A stretch of DNA of 63,961 nucleotides, counting the filler, from an uncultured bacterium (lineage in GTDB: Bacteria > Latescibacterota > UBA2968): the NCBI GenBank assembly GCA_964471275.1. It is 3 parts of 3 records of this genome, joined end to end, with 100 filler letters (N's around TTAATTAATTAA, not from the genome) between each part and the next. Parts side by side here need not be neighbours in the genome. Positions count along the whole stretch, not along the records: positions 17,208 to 49,200 come from CAYYGZ010000020.1; 2 more parts are not named here. One strand, written 5' to 3'. The position numbers and the translations under genes are program-made. Shown here piece by piece: positions 19,547 to 29,188 of this stretch (position 1 is its first letter; the number at the start of each line of letters is the position of its first letter). The notes beneath the pieces are model-generated. The model was given only the letters and a program-made list of their open reading frames with translations. It was not told the DNA's origin and made no database searches.

Positions 19547-20530
19547 ATGAGAATACTCGTCAGCCCATCCCTTGACGTTCTGGATTTCGCATCCGACATC
19601 CGCACGGAAGGTCTTGATTCCCTCAGGCGTTTTGGCAATGTCGAATTTTATCGGGGCGATCTGACATCTGTGGAAGCCGTCGGCACGCTAGGGGTCATTG
19701 CCAACTCGAGACCTATCTTCGATGAATTCTATGAACAGGCTGCCGACCTGCGAATCATCGCAAGGTGGGGAGTCGGTTTTGAGAACGTGAACCAGGAAGC
19801 TGCCAACCGTGCGGGCGTCATCATCACCACATCCCCGGTGCATATGTCGACCGTCGCCGAGTACGCGATCGCTCAGTGGATGGCGACACTCAAGCGCACC
19901 TACACGTTGAACCATATGTCTCACGGAGGCGACTTCTCGCTGATCCGTACCTACGATGCCGAAGGCTCGGTACTCGGACTCTACGGCTTCGGTCGCATCG
20001 GTCAGCAGATGGCCCGACGCGCAAAGCCGCTCCTGGGCGACAGCGGACGCCTACTCGTCCATGACATTCGTCCTGATATCGAGCAACTCGCTGCTGAGTA
20101 CGGAGCCGAGGCCGTGAGCAGCCCTTCGGACCTGTTCGAGCAGTGCGACACCATCTCTCTTCACGTCGCCGGTGATGATCCGATCGTAAACTACGATCTA
20201 CTCGAGCAGATGCAGCCGCACGCATCTCTGATCAACCCGTCACGCGGCAATCTCGTCAACGACGATGACGTCAACCGGGCGATTCGCGAAGACAGGCTCT
20301 ATTACTATGTCGTCGACGACCCGGTGAATGAATCCCGTGCCATCCACGAAGGAAACCCGCGGATCATATGCACAAACCACAACGGCGGTATCACGACCGC
20401 GTCAGTTGAGCGACTCGACAGCTGTTGCGTCAAACAGGTCACAGACGCCATCGAAGGCCACCAGCCCGATCACATCCTGAATCCCAAGGCACTGGATCAT
20501 CCACGCGTAAAAGAGTTCCTCAACCTCTAG
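19547..20530 (+). CDS. D-isomer specific 2-hydroxyacid dehydrogenase family protein
   Basis: RWGVGFENV, VAEY, GLYGFGRIG, NPSRG and TNH motifs. The real start is ATG 19547; the upstream part of the 797-aa ORF is an antisense shadow. Confidence 0.88.
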   Translation: MRILVSPSLDVLDFASDIRTEGLDSLRRFGNVEFYRGDLTSVEAVGTLGVIANSRPIFDEFYEQAADLRIIARWGVGFENVNQEAANRAGVIITTSPVHMSTVAEYAIAQWMATLKRTYTLNHMSHGGDFSLIRTYDAEGSVLGLYGFGRIGQQMARRAKPLLGDSGRLLVHDIRPDIEQLAAEYGAEAVSSPSDLFEQCDTISLHVAGDDPIVNYDLLEQMQPHASLINPSRGNLVNDDDVNRAIREDRLYYYVVDDPVNESRAIHEGNPRIICTNHNGGITTASVERLDSCCVKQVTDAIEGHQPDHILNPKALDHPRVKEFLNL

Positions 20531-20819
20531 AATTGCTCCCGGCAGTACCTGGTCGTTCTCGTCTCGGTCCTACCCACCGATCTCCCTGAGTAGGCACACA
20601 GCTGATCAGCAAACGGCTTCAATAAAGGATAGTAAATAACGTGCCGTATCGAAGGGCACCCCCATCAAGGCATACTCACTTGCCGATCATCCTTCGATGA
20701 GACGTGTACACTCCCTACGGTATCAGCAGACAGAACGAGATCTCTTTGGCCACGACTTCACTCAGGACGAACGGTGATTCGCCCGTCGCCTTAAGGAAAA
20801 CCCTCGCTGACAGCTTCTC

Positions 20820-21176
20820 TCACAACTCACGAAACATAGTAAGGGTATCGACATAGCCTGACGTTCTGTGCTTGAACCCTCCGGGAACCGTCCCCACGAT
20901 CCTGAATTCCAGCGATTCCCAAAGCCCGATAGCAGCCATGTTCGTACTTACCACACAGTTGAACTGCATCCTCCGGTAGCCGACGCTGGTCGATCGATCG
21001 ATCACGTGTTCTCCCATCCGGCGTCCCACACCGCAACTCCTTACGCAACCCGCGACCATAAAGGTTGCATTCGCGATGTGCGATCCGAGCCCCGTCTGGT
21101 TCGCCTTCAGTATATAAGTCCCGACAACCGTGCCTCCGTCATCGCTGGCTTACCGGATGTTCAGGCGGCTCGACAT
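20820..21176 (-). pseudogene. GNAT family N-acetyltransferase pseudogene
   Basis: Reads MSSRLNIR*ASDDGGTVVGTYILKANQTGLGSHIANATFMV...MQFNCVVSTN. There is an in-frame TAA at 21150-21152 and the usual N-terminal helices appear deleted. Confidence 0.75.
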
Positions 21177-21262
21177 GGGCTCATTCTCGCCTCAGGGCAC
21201 GAGGTAAACGATCGGGGCGATTTGGGGGACGGTCGAACAAGAGAGGAATTGGACCACCGGGA

Positions 21263-22219
21263 TCAGGCGGCCTCGAAATCCCGTGCGTGGAGACGATCTG
21301 CCCTCACCAGTTCGTCCGTCGAGAAGGAGGGCACGTCAGGAACGCTGAGAATATCGTAGAGTTCGGAAACATTCCTTGCGCCGCTGAGTACCGTTGAGAC
21401 ATTTGCGTTGTCGAGGACCCAGCGAAAGGCAGCCTGCGGTAAGGTTGTGACATCGCCGCGCACCAGGAACTTGAGGGAATCGACATAGGCAACACGATCG
21501 GCCAATTCGTCTCTGGCGTATCGCTTGTTGAGATTGTTTTGAGGAAAGGTGGTGTCGGTTGTGAAAGTGCCCGAGAGAAAACCGTTTGCGAGTGACTCTC
21601 GTGCAAAGACCCCCGCATTCATCGCGGCGAGATCCGTAATCAGTGAAGCGGATTCACGGTTCATCAAGCTGTAAACGACCTGGACAACATCGATCTTCCG
21701 CTCGTCGAACCACTCCCTCGCCATTCCTTGTGTATCCGAGAACCTGGAGATGGAGTGACCCACGCAACGTACCTTCCCGGACGACTTCAGATCCAGTAGC
21801 GCCTCCCACACGTCGTCCGCAATATCGTCCGCCCCGAAAGGGGAGTGGAAGAAGAGCACATCAATCCGATCAGTCGATAGACGCAACAGGCTTGCCTCAA
21901 CGGACGCCTTGACTCCTCTCGCATCGAAGGCCGTTCCCTTGAGGGACGCCCCCCGACCGAACTTGCTCGATATCAGGACACTCTCACGGCCCTTCCCCAG
22001 AGCATCGCCTAGGATACGCTCAGAGATGCCGTCTTCCTGCGGAGAACCGTAGAGCGGAGCCGTATCGAACAGGGTGATCCCGCCATCCAACGCTGCACGA
22101 ACGACGGCATATGCATCCGTTCGATCGACGTCGCCATAAGCTCTGGATGCAAATGACCAGGTGCCCAGACCGATTTCGCTCACACGCAGACCGCTTCGAC
22201 CGAGTTTACGGGTTTTCAC
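21263..22219 (-). CDS. aldo/keto reductase
   Basis: LGRSGLRVSEIGLGT, FDTAPLYG and SL.RL.TD.ID motifs. Confidence 0.93.
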   Translation of the reverse strand: MKTRKLGRSGLRVSEIGLGTWSFASRAYGDVDRTDAYAVVRAALDGGITLFDTAPLYGSPQEDGISERILGDALGKGRESVLISSKFGRGASLKGTAFDARGVKASVEASLLRLSTDRIDVLFFHSPFGADDIADDVWEALLDLKSSGKVRCVGHSISRFSDTQGMAREWFDERKIDVVQVVYSLMNRESASLITDLAAMNAGVFARESLANGFLSGTFTTDTTFPQNNLNKRYARDELADRVAYVDSLKFLVRGDVTTLPQAAFRWVLDNANVSTVLSGARNVSELYDILSVPDVPSFSTDELVRADRLHARDFEAA

Positions 22220-22231
22220 GCGGATCCTCCT

Positions 22232-23125
22232 TCAGGACTGGGTGTCAAGAGACGACCCCAGAGCGGCCGGCGGGCGAGCGTTGCCCACAAATCCCGCCAG
22301 CACAATCATCGTGAGAATAAAAGGAAGAGCCAGGAAGACCTGCGAAGGAAGGGCTGTGCCGGTTCCCTGAAAGCCATCCGCAATGGCCTCAGCCAGCCCA
22401 AAGAACAGACACGCATACAGAAGCCCACTCGGTCGCCACTTGCCGAAGATCAATGCAGCCAGGGCGATAAATCCCCGGCCAGCGGTCATACGTTCAACAA
22501 ACTGGCTAAGATCCGCGAGAGCGAGATGTGAACCCGCGATCCCGGCGAGCACACCCCCCAGAATCACTGCGGCGAACCGAACCTGCGAGACGGACACGCC
22601 TGCGGCCACGAGGGCATCCGGCTTCTCTCCCGCGGCTCGGAGCCTGAGACCCCACCCGGTTCGGTTCAGCGCAAGCGCCACAAGGGCAAGGATGAGGAAG
22701 GCAAGATAAACGGTCGGATGAAATTTCATACTCCCCAGACCAAAGAGAGCAAATTTGGAAGCTGATGCGCTGCTCCCGTGCGTGCCAAACAGGACATAGA
22801 GCAGAAAGCCCGTCCCGCCTACCGCGAGTAGATTGATTGCCGTACCGCTGACAATCGGATCGGCACCATAATGAACAGTGCATGCGACGTGAATCGCCGC
22901 CAGAAGAGCACCGGCTCCGGCTCCGAAGAGCAGCCCTACCCAGGGCGAGCCGAACGTGCCAGATCCCACAATGCTCCCAAATGCTCCGGCAAGCATCATT
23001 CCTTCCAGGGCAATATTGACAACCCCGGATCGCTCGGAGAGCAAGCCGCCCGTGCCGGCCAGAAGCAGGGGCACGCTCTTGGTAAGCGTCAACTGGAGCA
23101 GGACAATCCAGCTCACATCACCCAT
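22232..23125 (-). CDS. ABC transporter permease (nucleoside/sugar, BPD_transp_2)
   Basis: SERSGVVNIALEG, GLRLRAAGE and GRGFIALAALIFGKW motifs. Confidence 0.92.
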   Translation of the reverse strand: MGDVSWIVLLQLTLTKSVPLLLAGTGGLLSERSGVVNIALEGMMLAGAFGSIVGSGTFGSPWVGLLFGAGAGALLAAIHVACTVHYGADPIVSGTAINLLAVGGTGFLLYVLFGTHGSSASASKFALFGLGSMKFHPTVYLAFLILALVALALNRTGWGLRLRAAGEKPDALVAAGVSVSQVRFAAVILGGVLAGIAGSHLALADLSQFVERMTAGRGFIALAALIFGKWRPSGLLYACLFFGLAEAIADGFQGTGTALPSQVFLALPFILTMIVLAGFVGNARPPAALGSSLDTQS

Positions 23126-23588
23126 CTGACCCCTTCAACAGAAAGGCGGCATACTCAAACACGCTCTCCTCCTGCTCCCACGTTTCAATCGAGCCGGGCC
23201 GTGCAGCCCGAACGCGGTTGATAGCCGTGTCGGGGGGCTCACCGCGACTCACCAACCAGCAGGCCAGGATTGTGCCCGTCCGGCCCAGACCGGCGGTACA
23301 ATGGACGACGACAGGCCGGTCCTTCTTCAGTGAGACTTCAATAAATTCGATTGTATGACATATGACAGGCAGGCTAGGCGGCTGGAAATCCGGTACCGGA
23401 GCACTGAAGTGGTCCAGATCCTCTGCTTGGAGCATTTCCCGATCGAGGGTGACCTCAGTCAGGCTGACCACGGCACCCATACCGACGGCCTTCAAGACCC
23501 TCAGATCCTCCTCGAGGGGACGGAGAGATCCGGGTCGGCCCATGCCCGCCACCTGATGCTCTTCGAGCCAGCTGAAGCCGCTCAGCAC
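23118..23588 (-). CDS. dual-specificity protein phosphatase family protein
   Basis: VHCTAGLGRTG (HCx5R) and RPGSIET..Q motifs. Confidence 0.92.
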   Translation of the reverse strand: MLSGFSWLEEHQVAGMGRPGSLRPLEEDLRVLKAVGMGAVVSLTEVTLDREMLQAEDLDHFSAPVPDFQPPSLPVICHTIEFIEVSLKKDRPVVVHCTAGLGRTGTILACWLVSRGEPPDTAINRVRAARPGSIETWEQEESVFEYAAFLLKGSDG

Positions 23589-23616
23589 GACCGGTCCAGC
23601 TCACGGGCTGCGCACA

Positions 23617-24066
23617 TCACTCGGTGATCGCTTCGGGAGGGGAGGAGGAAGGATCGCCCTCAATCCAGGCTTCGCCGTCGGTCCAGACCTCCTTTTTCCA
23701 GATCGGTACGGTCTCCTTGAGTCGATCGATCGCGAAATGGCACGCTTCGAGGGACGCCTTGCGGTGTGGAGACGAGACGGCGATCAGCACACTGATGTCG
23801 CCGATTTCCATTCGACCGCGCCCGTGCAGAATACCTACCGCATCGACTTCCCAGCGGGACTTGACCTCCTCACCGATCGCGCGCATCTCCTTCTCTGCCA
23901 TTTCGGCATACACGTCGTATTCGAGATATCGGGTCGAGCGACCCTTTGTGTTGTCCCGGACAACGCCGGCAAAAGAAGTCACCGCGCCATCTGAATCCGC
24001 CAGGACAACATCGTGTAAGTCACCGGGTTTGACGGGCTCATCTGTAATCTGATATAGATCGGGCAT
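23617..24066 (-). CDS. moaE: molybdopterin synthase catalytic subunit
   Basis: GA...F.G.VR, LEY..Y, SSPHR and LKETVPIWKKE motifs; adjacent to moaD. Confidence 0.93.
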   Translation of the reverse strand: MPDLYQITDEPVKPGDLHDVVLADSDGAVTSFAGVVRDNTKGRSTRYLEYDVYAEMAEKEMRAIGEEVKSRWEVDAVGILHGRGRMEIGDISVLIAVSSPHRKASLEACHFAIDRLKETVPIWKKEVWTDGEAWIEGDPSSSPPEAITE

Positions 24067-24124
24067 TCCTTGCTCCTGCTCCCGCCATCTGCCCTGCCGG
24101 GCTCTGGCGCCGGACGTCTGGCGT

Positions 24125-24370
24125 CTATCCACCGCTCACGGGTGTAATCAATGCCACCTCGTCATCCTCACGGAGAACCTGCTCCCGTTCGACATATTCC
24201 TGATTCACGGAGAGCATGATGCTTCGCTCCAGCGCCCCGAGTTTCGGAAATTCGCGAACCAGATCTGCCATCAGTTCCTGAAGCGTGCTCCCGTCTTGAA
24301 TTTCTCGTTCCAGCTGTCTGCTCCCAACGATATCGGCGCACTGGGCAAAGAGTAGTAGACGAACTGTCAT
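24125..24370 (-). CDS. moaD: molybdopterin synthase sulfur carrier subunit
   Basis: 81 aa ubiquitin-like protein with VNQEY and DEVALITPVSGG C-terminus. Confidence 0.93.
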   Translation of the reverse strand: MTVRLLLFAQCADIVGSRQLEREIQDGSTLQELMADLVREFPKLGALERSIMLSVNQEYVEREQVLREDDEVALITPVSGG

Positions 24371-24412
24371 ATCGATCTTCCTGGGATACCTTGGAGGTCG
24401 CGTATCACAGGG

Positions 24413-25246
24413 TCAACCCGAGTGGTACGCGTCTCGCCCAGCCTTCAAAGCGGTGAGCACGTCCATCGGGACGCCGACGCGACCCATGATCGCATCACCG
24501 CGGCTGTCCCCGTGGCAATCCGAACCACCCGACTTGAGCAGCCCGTGTGAATCGGCAAACGCAGAATATCGGCTGACATCATTGGCTCGATGCTTGATAT
24601 GCCAGACCTCGATACCGTCGATACCCTCCTCGACAAGACCCGGGAGCATCTCGTCAGAGCGATACAATGCCGGATGCGCGACGACAGCGATCCCGCCCGC
24701 GTGGTGGATGACCTCTATGGCTTCGGAAGGGGCCATCAAGTATTTGCTCTCGTAGGCGGCCTTGCCGAGCCCGAGATACTTATGAAAAGCCTCGTTGGGG
24801 GAGAAACAGAATCCCTCCTCGACGAGCACGTCGGCCACGTGGGGTCTGCCGATAGCCGCTCCGTCCGCCTTCGCCAACACCTGCTCAAAGGTGACACGCA
24901 CACCCAACCGGTTGAGACGCTTGACAATCCGATCCGCTCGCTTCCGGCGCTCGTCACGATACATCGACAGTGATTCGACCAATCGCTCGTTCTTTGTATC
25001 AACGAAATAGGCCAGAATGTGTATGTCGCGTCCATTGAATTGGGCGCTGAGCTCGGACCCAGGCACGACATCGACACCAAGCCGTGCTCCCGTCTGTTGG
25101 GCCAATGCTACACCGCTGACAGAATCGTGATCCGTCAGGCTGATCGCCGCCAGCCCCACTTTCGCCGCCCGTTCAACGACCTGCTCGGGCGTAAAGGACC
25201 CGTCGGAACAGGTTGAGTGCAAGTGCAGGTCGATACCGCCAGTCAC
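24413..25246 (-). CDS. PHP domain phosphoesterase (YciV/TrpH-like)
   Basis: DLHLHSTCSDG, TDHD, HIL, GRPH, AHP and GGSDCHG motifs. Confidence 0.93.
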   Translation of the reverse strand: MTGGIDLHLHSTCSDGSFTPEQVVERAAKVGLAAISLTDHDSVSGVALAQQTGARLGVDVVPGSELSAQFNGRDIHILAYFVDTKNERLVESLSMYRDERRKRADRIVKRLNRLGVRVTFEQVLAKADGAAIGRPHVADVLVEEGFCFSPNEAFHKYLGLGKAAYESKYLMAPSEAIEVIHHAGGIAVVAHPALYRSDEMLPGLVEEGIDGIEVWHIKHRANDVSRYSAFADSHGLLKSGGSDCHGDSRGDAIMGRVGVPMDVLTALKAGRDAYHSG

Positions 25247-25247
25247 G

Positions 25248-25805
25248 TCAGGACCCCAATGCTTCGGCTGAAACTTCGACAGGTCCAGTGTCCTGACCCA
25301 GTCCCTCTTTCCGGAGTTTCCGGAGCTGGTTTCTCAGCAAGTTCCGACGGATGGCGCTGAAATGCTCGATCACGAGCACACCGTTGATGTGATCGATCTC
25401 GTGCTGGGCGGCTCGTGACGCGATCCCGTCAAATTCCATCGTCTGGACAACACCTTCACGGTCGAGGGCTTCGATCCGAACCTGTGCCGCTCTCTTCACG
25501 TCGCCGGCGATCCCCGGAAGGCTCAGACAGCCCTCTTCACCCACGATTTCACCGGCTTCCCAGACGATTCGAGGGTTGATCAAAGCTCTGGCCTCGAATC
25601 CCGGCTCACTCGGGCTTACGTCCAGGATAACAATACGTTGAGATACACCTACCTGCGGTCCGGCAAGACCGATTCCCTCCGCCGCGTACATCGTTTCGAA
25701 CATGTTGTCCACAAGCCGACGAACGTCGTCAGACACCACCTCGACGGGCTCAGCAGCCGTCTTCAGGGTCTCGCATCCCAGCTTCTTGATCTCGAGAAGC
25801 GGCAC
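25248..25805 (-). CDS. def: peptide deformylase
   Basis: GIGLAGPQ, EGCLS and QHEIDH motifs. Confidence 0.97.
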   Translation of the reverse strand: MPLLEIKKLGCETLKTAAEPVEVVSDDVRRLVDNMFETMYAAEGIGLAGPQVGVSQRIVILDVSPSEPGFEARALINPRIVWEAGEIVGEEGCLSLPGIAGDVKRAAQVRIEALDREGVVQTMEFDGIASRAAQHEIDHINGVLVIEHFSAIRRNLLRNQLRKLRKEGLGQDTGPVEVSAEALGS

Positions 25806-25807
25806 GA

Positions 25808-26635
25808 TCAGGTCTCCTGAATCGAAAGAAGGCTTTCGTTCAGACTTCCGGTACGGTATCCCTGAAGATCCAGCGTCACGTATCGATAGCCTATGGTTTT
25901 GAGCACCTCGGCGGCCTGCTCATACTGACCGCCCACGAAGAACCGGGGGATATCGGCCGGATCTACCTCGATTCGTGCAATTTCCTCGTGGTGTCGGACA
26001 CGGACCTGAGGAAACCCGAGAGACTTCAGGAAGGCTTCAGCCTGGTCGATCATCCGGAGCGCTTCAACGGTCACCGGTGTACCGTATGGAATCCGCGAGG
26101 ACAAGCAGGCGGCGGCAGGATCATCCCACGTGGAGAGACCCCAATCCTTTGACAGACTGCGAACGTCATCCTTCGTGAATCCCGCCTCGACCAGGGGCGC
26201 CCGGATCCCTCTGGACTCTGCGGCCGTCATCCCTGGTCGATAGTCACCCACGTCATCGGCAATTGCACCGTAGAGCAGGTTGTCGTACTTGCCGCCAAAA
26301 TTCCGGATCACTTCCTCGAGCTTGTCGGCAAGCGCAGACTTGCAGTGGAAGCACCGATCCGGGTTGTTCTGCACATACTCCGGGTTCGCAAGCTCCTCTG
26401 TGTAGACGATTTCCAGCCGAATACCGATCTCGTCCGCGATTGCCCGGGCCCGGTCGATCTCGCCGTCCGGGTAGCTCGCTGACACGGCCGTCACGGCGAT
26501 CGCTTCGTCGCCGAGCACGCGATGGGCCGCTGCTGCCAGGAATGTGCTGTCCACGCCGCCGGAAAAAGCGACGACGGCATTCCCGAGACGCTTCAAGATC
26601 GAGTTGAACGCGGCGAGTTTTTCTTCCGGGAGCAT
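25808..26635 (-). CDS. larE: ATP-dependent sulfur transferase LarE
   Basis: SGGVDS PP-loop, RCFHCK, DYRPG, ACLSSRIPYG, RVRHH and GYRTGSLN motifs. Confidence 0.92.
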   Translation of the reverse strand: MLPEEKLAAFNSILKRLGNAVVAFSGGVDSTFLAAAAHRVLGDEAIAVTAVSASYPDGEIDRARAIADEIGIRLEIVYTEELANPEYVQNNPDRCFHCKSALADKLEEVIRNFGGKYDNLLYGAIADDVGDYRPGMTAAESRGIRAPLVEAGFTKDDVRSLSKDWGLSTWDDPAAACLSSRIPYGTPVTVEALRMIDQAEAFLKSLGFPQVRVRHHEEIARIEVDPADIPRFFVGGQYEQAAEVLKTIGYRYVTLDLQGYRTGSLNESLLSIQET

Positions 26636-26641
26636 ATCGGC

Positions 26642-28072
26642 CTACGGATTCCCGACAGATTGCGGTTGTGGGAGCAGACCGCAGGGCAGAACCACGGCAT
26701 CGACCATCCCGTGGAGCAGCTTCTTGTCTGGCGGGCAGATCGTTGCCTGGACTCCGGAGAGGACGGGAGCATCATCGACCACAAAATAGTAGGGCTGCAG
26801 CCGCACGCGACCCCTGAATTTTCTCATTTCGCCAGATTCAAAGTCGTAGTGTTCGACGGGAAAAGTTGCTCCGTTGTGGAATATCTGCAGAATGTGTGGA
26901 TTGGTTTCGAATCGATCCAGCGCAGTATTGATCGTTTCCTGCCAGTCGTGCTCCGACACATCGTGGCCGATGGCGACACCACGACTGCCCCAGGCCAGCT
27001 CCGAGAATCCGGACGGTTTGATGACTAGCTGGCGGTCTTTCTGACCCAGGTGACCCAAGTGGCGCCAGTCGGCAAAGGGCCGACCCTTGACCTCGAGTCC
27101 GTGGATTGTCGCGTGTGGCGGTAGGGGAGCAGGGTCCAGGATCCACGTTCTGGGAAACAGCTGCTCCAGAAATGAAAGGGTCTCACTGCTCAGCTGCTGC
27201 TGCCAGAAATCCCTGAGCATCGGGTGCTGGAACAGCGCCATCATCATCTTTTCTTCCAAATAGCTTTTCAAGGGTGGCGTTACCTTGACCAGGTTCTTCT
27301 TCGCCGCATACAGGATCAGCTCCATCTTCGGGATGTTCTTCAGATCAAACAGCTCGAAGAACCGGTAGACCACATCGATGCGGCGCAAGTCACCTTCAGC
27401 CGGGGCATACAGCCCATCCTCGGTAAACACGATCTCCTCGGGAGTCGTCACGTGTGTTTCCAGCCCACGCGCATTCAGCCGATCGGCAATCCAGACCATT
27501 TCGGGCCGCCAGCTGACCGATTCCTCTGAGATCACGATCCCGACGGCTGGATCGTCGCAACCCGCGAAGGAGCGGAGCATCCGCTCGAATCCGTCGACCA
27601 TCCCGTCAGGGCCACCCACGATCGGCTCGTCCAGAGCGCTGTAACGCGCTCCAAGACTTGCCGTAAAACCGATCCCGCCGGGTACGGAGTCTAGCTCGGT
27701 CGCGATCATTCCCTCGCGGGTCGGAATGATGTCCGGCCGGATAACCATCGGTAGGTGCTGCTTGATCCGATTCATCCGGCCCAAGGCAACCACGGACTCC
27801 GGTTTTCCCTGATCCAGATAGCCCGCAACCCACTCGGGCTGGATACCGCGCCAACTGTGGTTATACAGCAGGTTTGCCGCTTTGTAGAACGCGTGCAGGT
27901 GCTGACCCATTTCTTCCAGGTGACTCAGCACCGACTCGGGAAGCCGCCAGGGATCGGATCCTACCTGCCAGCTGCTGTTCGCATCGGGGTGAATCGGTCT
28001 TTGCGCATCCGTATAGAGACCGCCTTCAGGGGTTTGACCATCTATGAAAAGACAGCGTTCCTGCGGGGTCAT
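26642..28072 (-). CDS. ATP-grasp-like conserved hypothetical protein (possible peptide or amide ligase)
   Basis: IRPD, TELDSVPGG, YRFFELFD, EEK, VIKP...WGSRGV and ILQ motifs resemble circularly permuted ATP-grasp ligases. Confidence 0.65.
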   Translation of the reverse strand: MTPQERCLFIDGQTPEGGLYTDAQRPIHPDANSSWQVGSDPWRLPESVLSHLEEMGQHLHAFYKAANLLYNHSWRGIQPEWVAGYLDQGKPESVVALGRMNRIKQHLPMVIRPDIIPTREGMIATELDSVPGGIGFTASLGARYSALDEPIVGGPDGMVDGFERMLRSFAGCDDPAVGIVISEESVSWRPEMVWIADRLNARGLETHVTTPEEIVFTEDGLYAPAEGDLRRIDVVYRFFELFDLKNIPKMELILYAAKKNLVKVTPPLKSYLEEKMMMALFQHPMLRDFWQQQLSSETLSFLEQLFPRTWILDPAPLPPHATIHGLEVKGRPFADWRHLGHLGQKDRQLVIKPSGFSELAWGSRGVAIGHDVSEHDWQETINTALDRFETNPHILQIFHNGATFPVEHYDFESGEMRKFRGRVRLQPYYFVVDDAPVLSGVQATICPPDKKLLHGMVDAVVLPCGLLPQPQSVGNP

Positions 28073-28149
28073 CTCTTTGGGTGATTTCTCTAGTATAGCG
28101 GTCAAACCGGGCTGACTCTCTGCATGTAAAAGGGTTCGGAACTGGCTGT

Positions 28150-28191
28150 AAACAGAAAAGAACAGGGAACAAACCTTCAGTCCCTGTTCTT
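28150..28191 (-). terminator. probable intrinsic terminator of the Pro/Ala-rich gene
   Basis: 11-bp stem AAGAACAGGGA/TCCCTGTTCTT followed on the minus strand by TTCTGTTT. Confidence 0.55.
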
Positions 28192-28243
28192 CCCGTATCG
28201 CTATCAGAATACCGTGAACGAGCAATCCCCGCAAGGGAGTCGA

Positions 28244-28960
28244 TCAGTTCTGCTTTGACCTCAAGTATGCCCCGATGAGTTCACGATCAGCAGCGCTCAG
28301 GCCGCTTCCGCCTTCAGCCGAAGCCGCTTCCGCGGCAGGTTCGGCAGCGGGTTCTGCCTCCAGGGCAGGTTGCTCCGCGGGTAGTGCGGCCTCCTGTTGC
28401 TGAGCTTTCTGCTCGAGATGCTGCCGGATCAGCTGCATACTGAACGAATCATCATCGCTCGGGCCGGCCGCAGGTGCAGCCGGTGCGGCCGCCGTCTGTG
28501 GGGGAGGCGCGACGACCGATTCCTCCCGCTCAGCTTTGGCTGCGAGATGCTGCCGAATTACATCCAGGTCGCTCGTATCTGCCACCGGTTCCGGTGTGGG
28601 TGCGGCGGGTTCTGGCGAGCCGTTTATGCTGGGTGCTGATTCTTCAGGTGGGGGAGTGGGTTCGGGTTCGACACTGACCGCATCGACCGGATTCTGGAGA
28701 CTCGCGGGTGGCGGCTCTGGCGCCTGTGCGGGCAGTTCTGGGAAGGATGTCTCAAAAGCGGCGCCGTCCGCCTCATCTTCGAGATTGAGCCTCGAGGCAA
28801 CCGCCTGATACACGGCCTTTGCTGCCTCTACACGGGCCTCGAGCAGCTGGAGCGACTGCTTGATGTCCTCCATCTTGGTGGCCGCCTCGTCCATCTCTCG
28901 CTTGGCGTATTCAAGAACCTGCTCATACAGGTTTCCACGACCATCGTCGGGTTGGGGCAT
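28244..28960 (-). CDS. hypothetical protein with an N-terminal coiled coil and an acidic Pro/Ala-rich disordered region
   Basis: GAGG RBS; heptad-rich N-terminus; repeated DLDVIRQHL / SMQLIRQHL / DRELIGAYL motifs. Confidence 0.75.
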   Translation of the reverse strand: MPQPDDGRGNLYEQVLEYAKREMDEAATKMEDIKQSLQLLEARVEAAKAVYQAVASRLNLEDEADGAAFETSFPELPAQAPEPPPASLQNPVDAVSVEPEPTPPPEESAPSINGSPEPAAPTPEPVADTSDLDVIRQHLAAKAEREESVVAPPPQTAAAPAAPAAGPSDDDSFSMQLIRQHLEQKAQQQEAALPAEQPALEAEPAAEPAAEAASAEGGSGLSAADRELIGAYLRSKQN

Positions 28961-29102
28961 ATCTCTGTCCTCAAAGGGGGAATACGGACACGACACAGAG
29001 GTCGCGATCATACCTTCCGAACCCTAGAATAATAGGCGTCGCCTACGTCTCTGGCAAGTCTAAATCGGTAGGACCTGACCCGGAAGAGAGCAGTTTGTCC
29101 GT

Positions 29103-29131
29103 TTGACAAACCCGATAAATTACATTACGTT
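29103..29131 (+). promoter_or_regulatory. sigma70-type promoter
   Basis: TTGACA-N17-TACGTT upstream of the MinD-like gene. Confidence 0.45.
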
Positions 29132-29188
29132 ACCGTCGTTTTGCGACTCCCGCTTCCCCACCTGACAGAGCGGTTGACTATACCCCGA

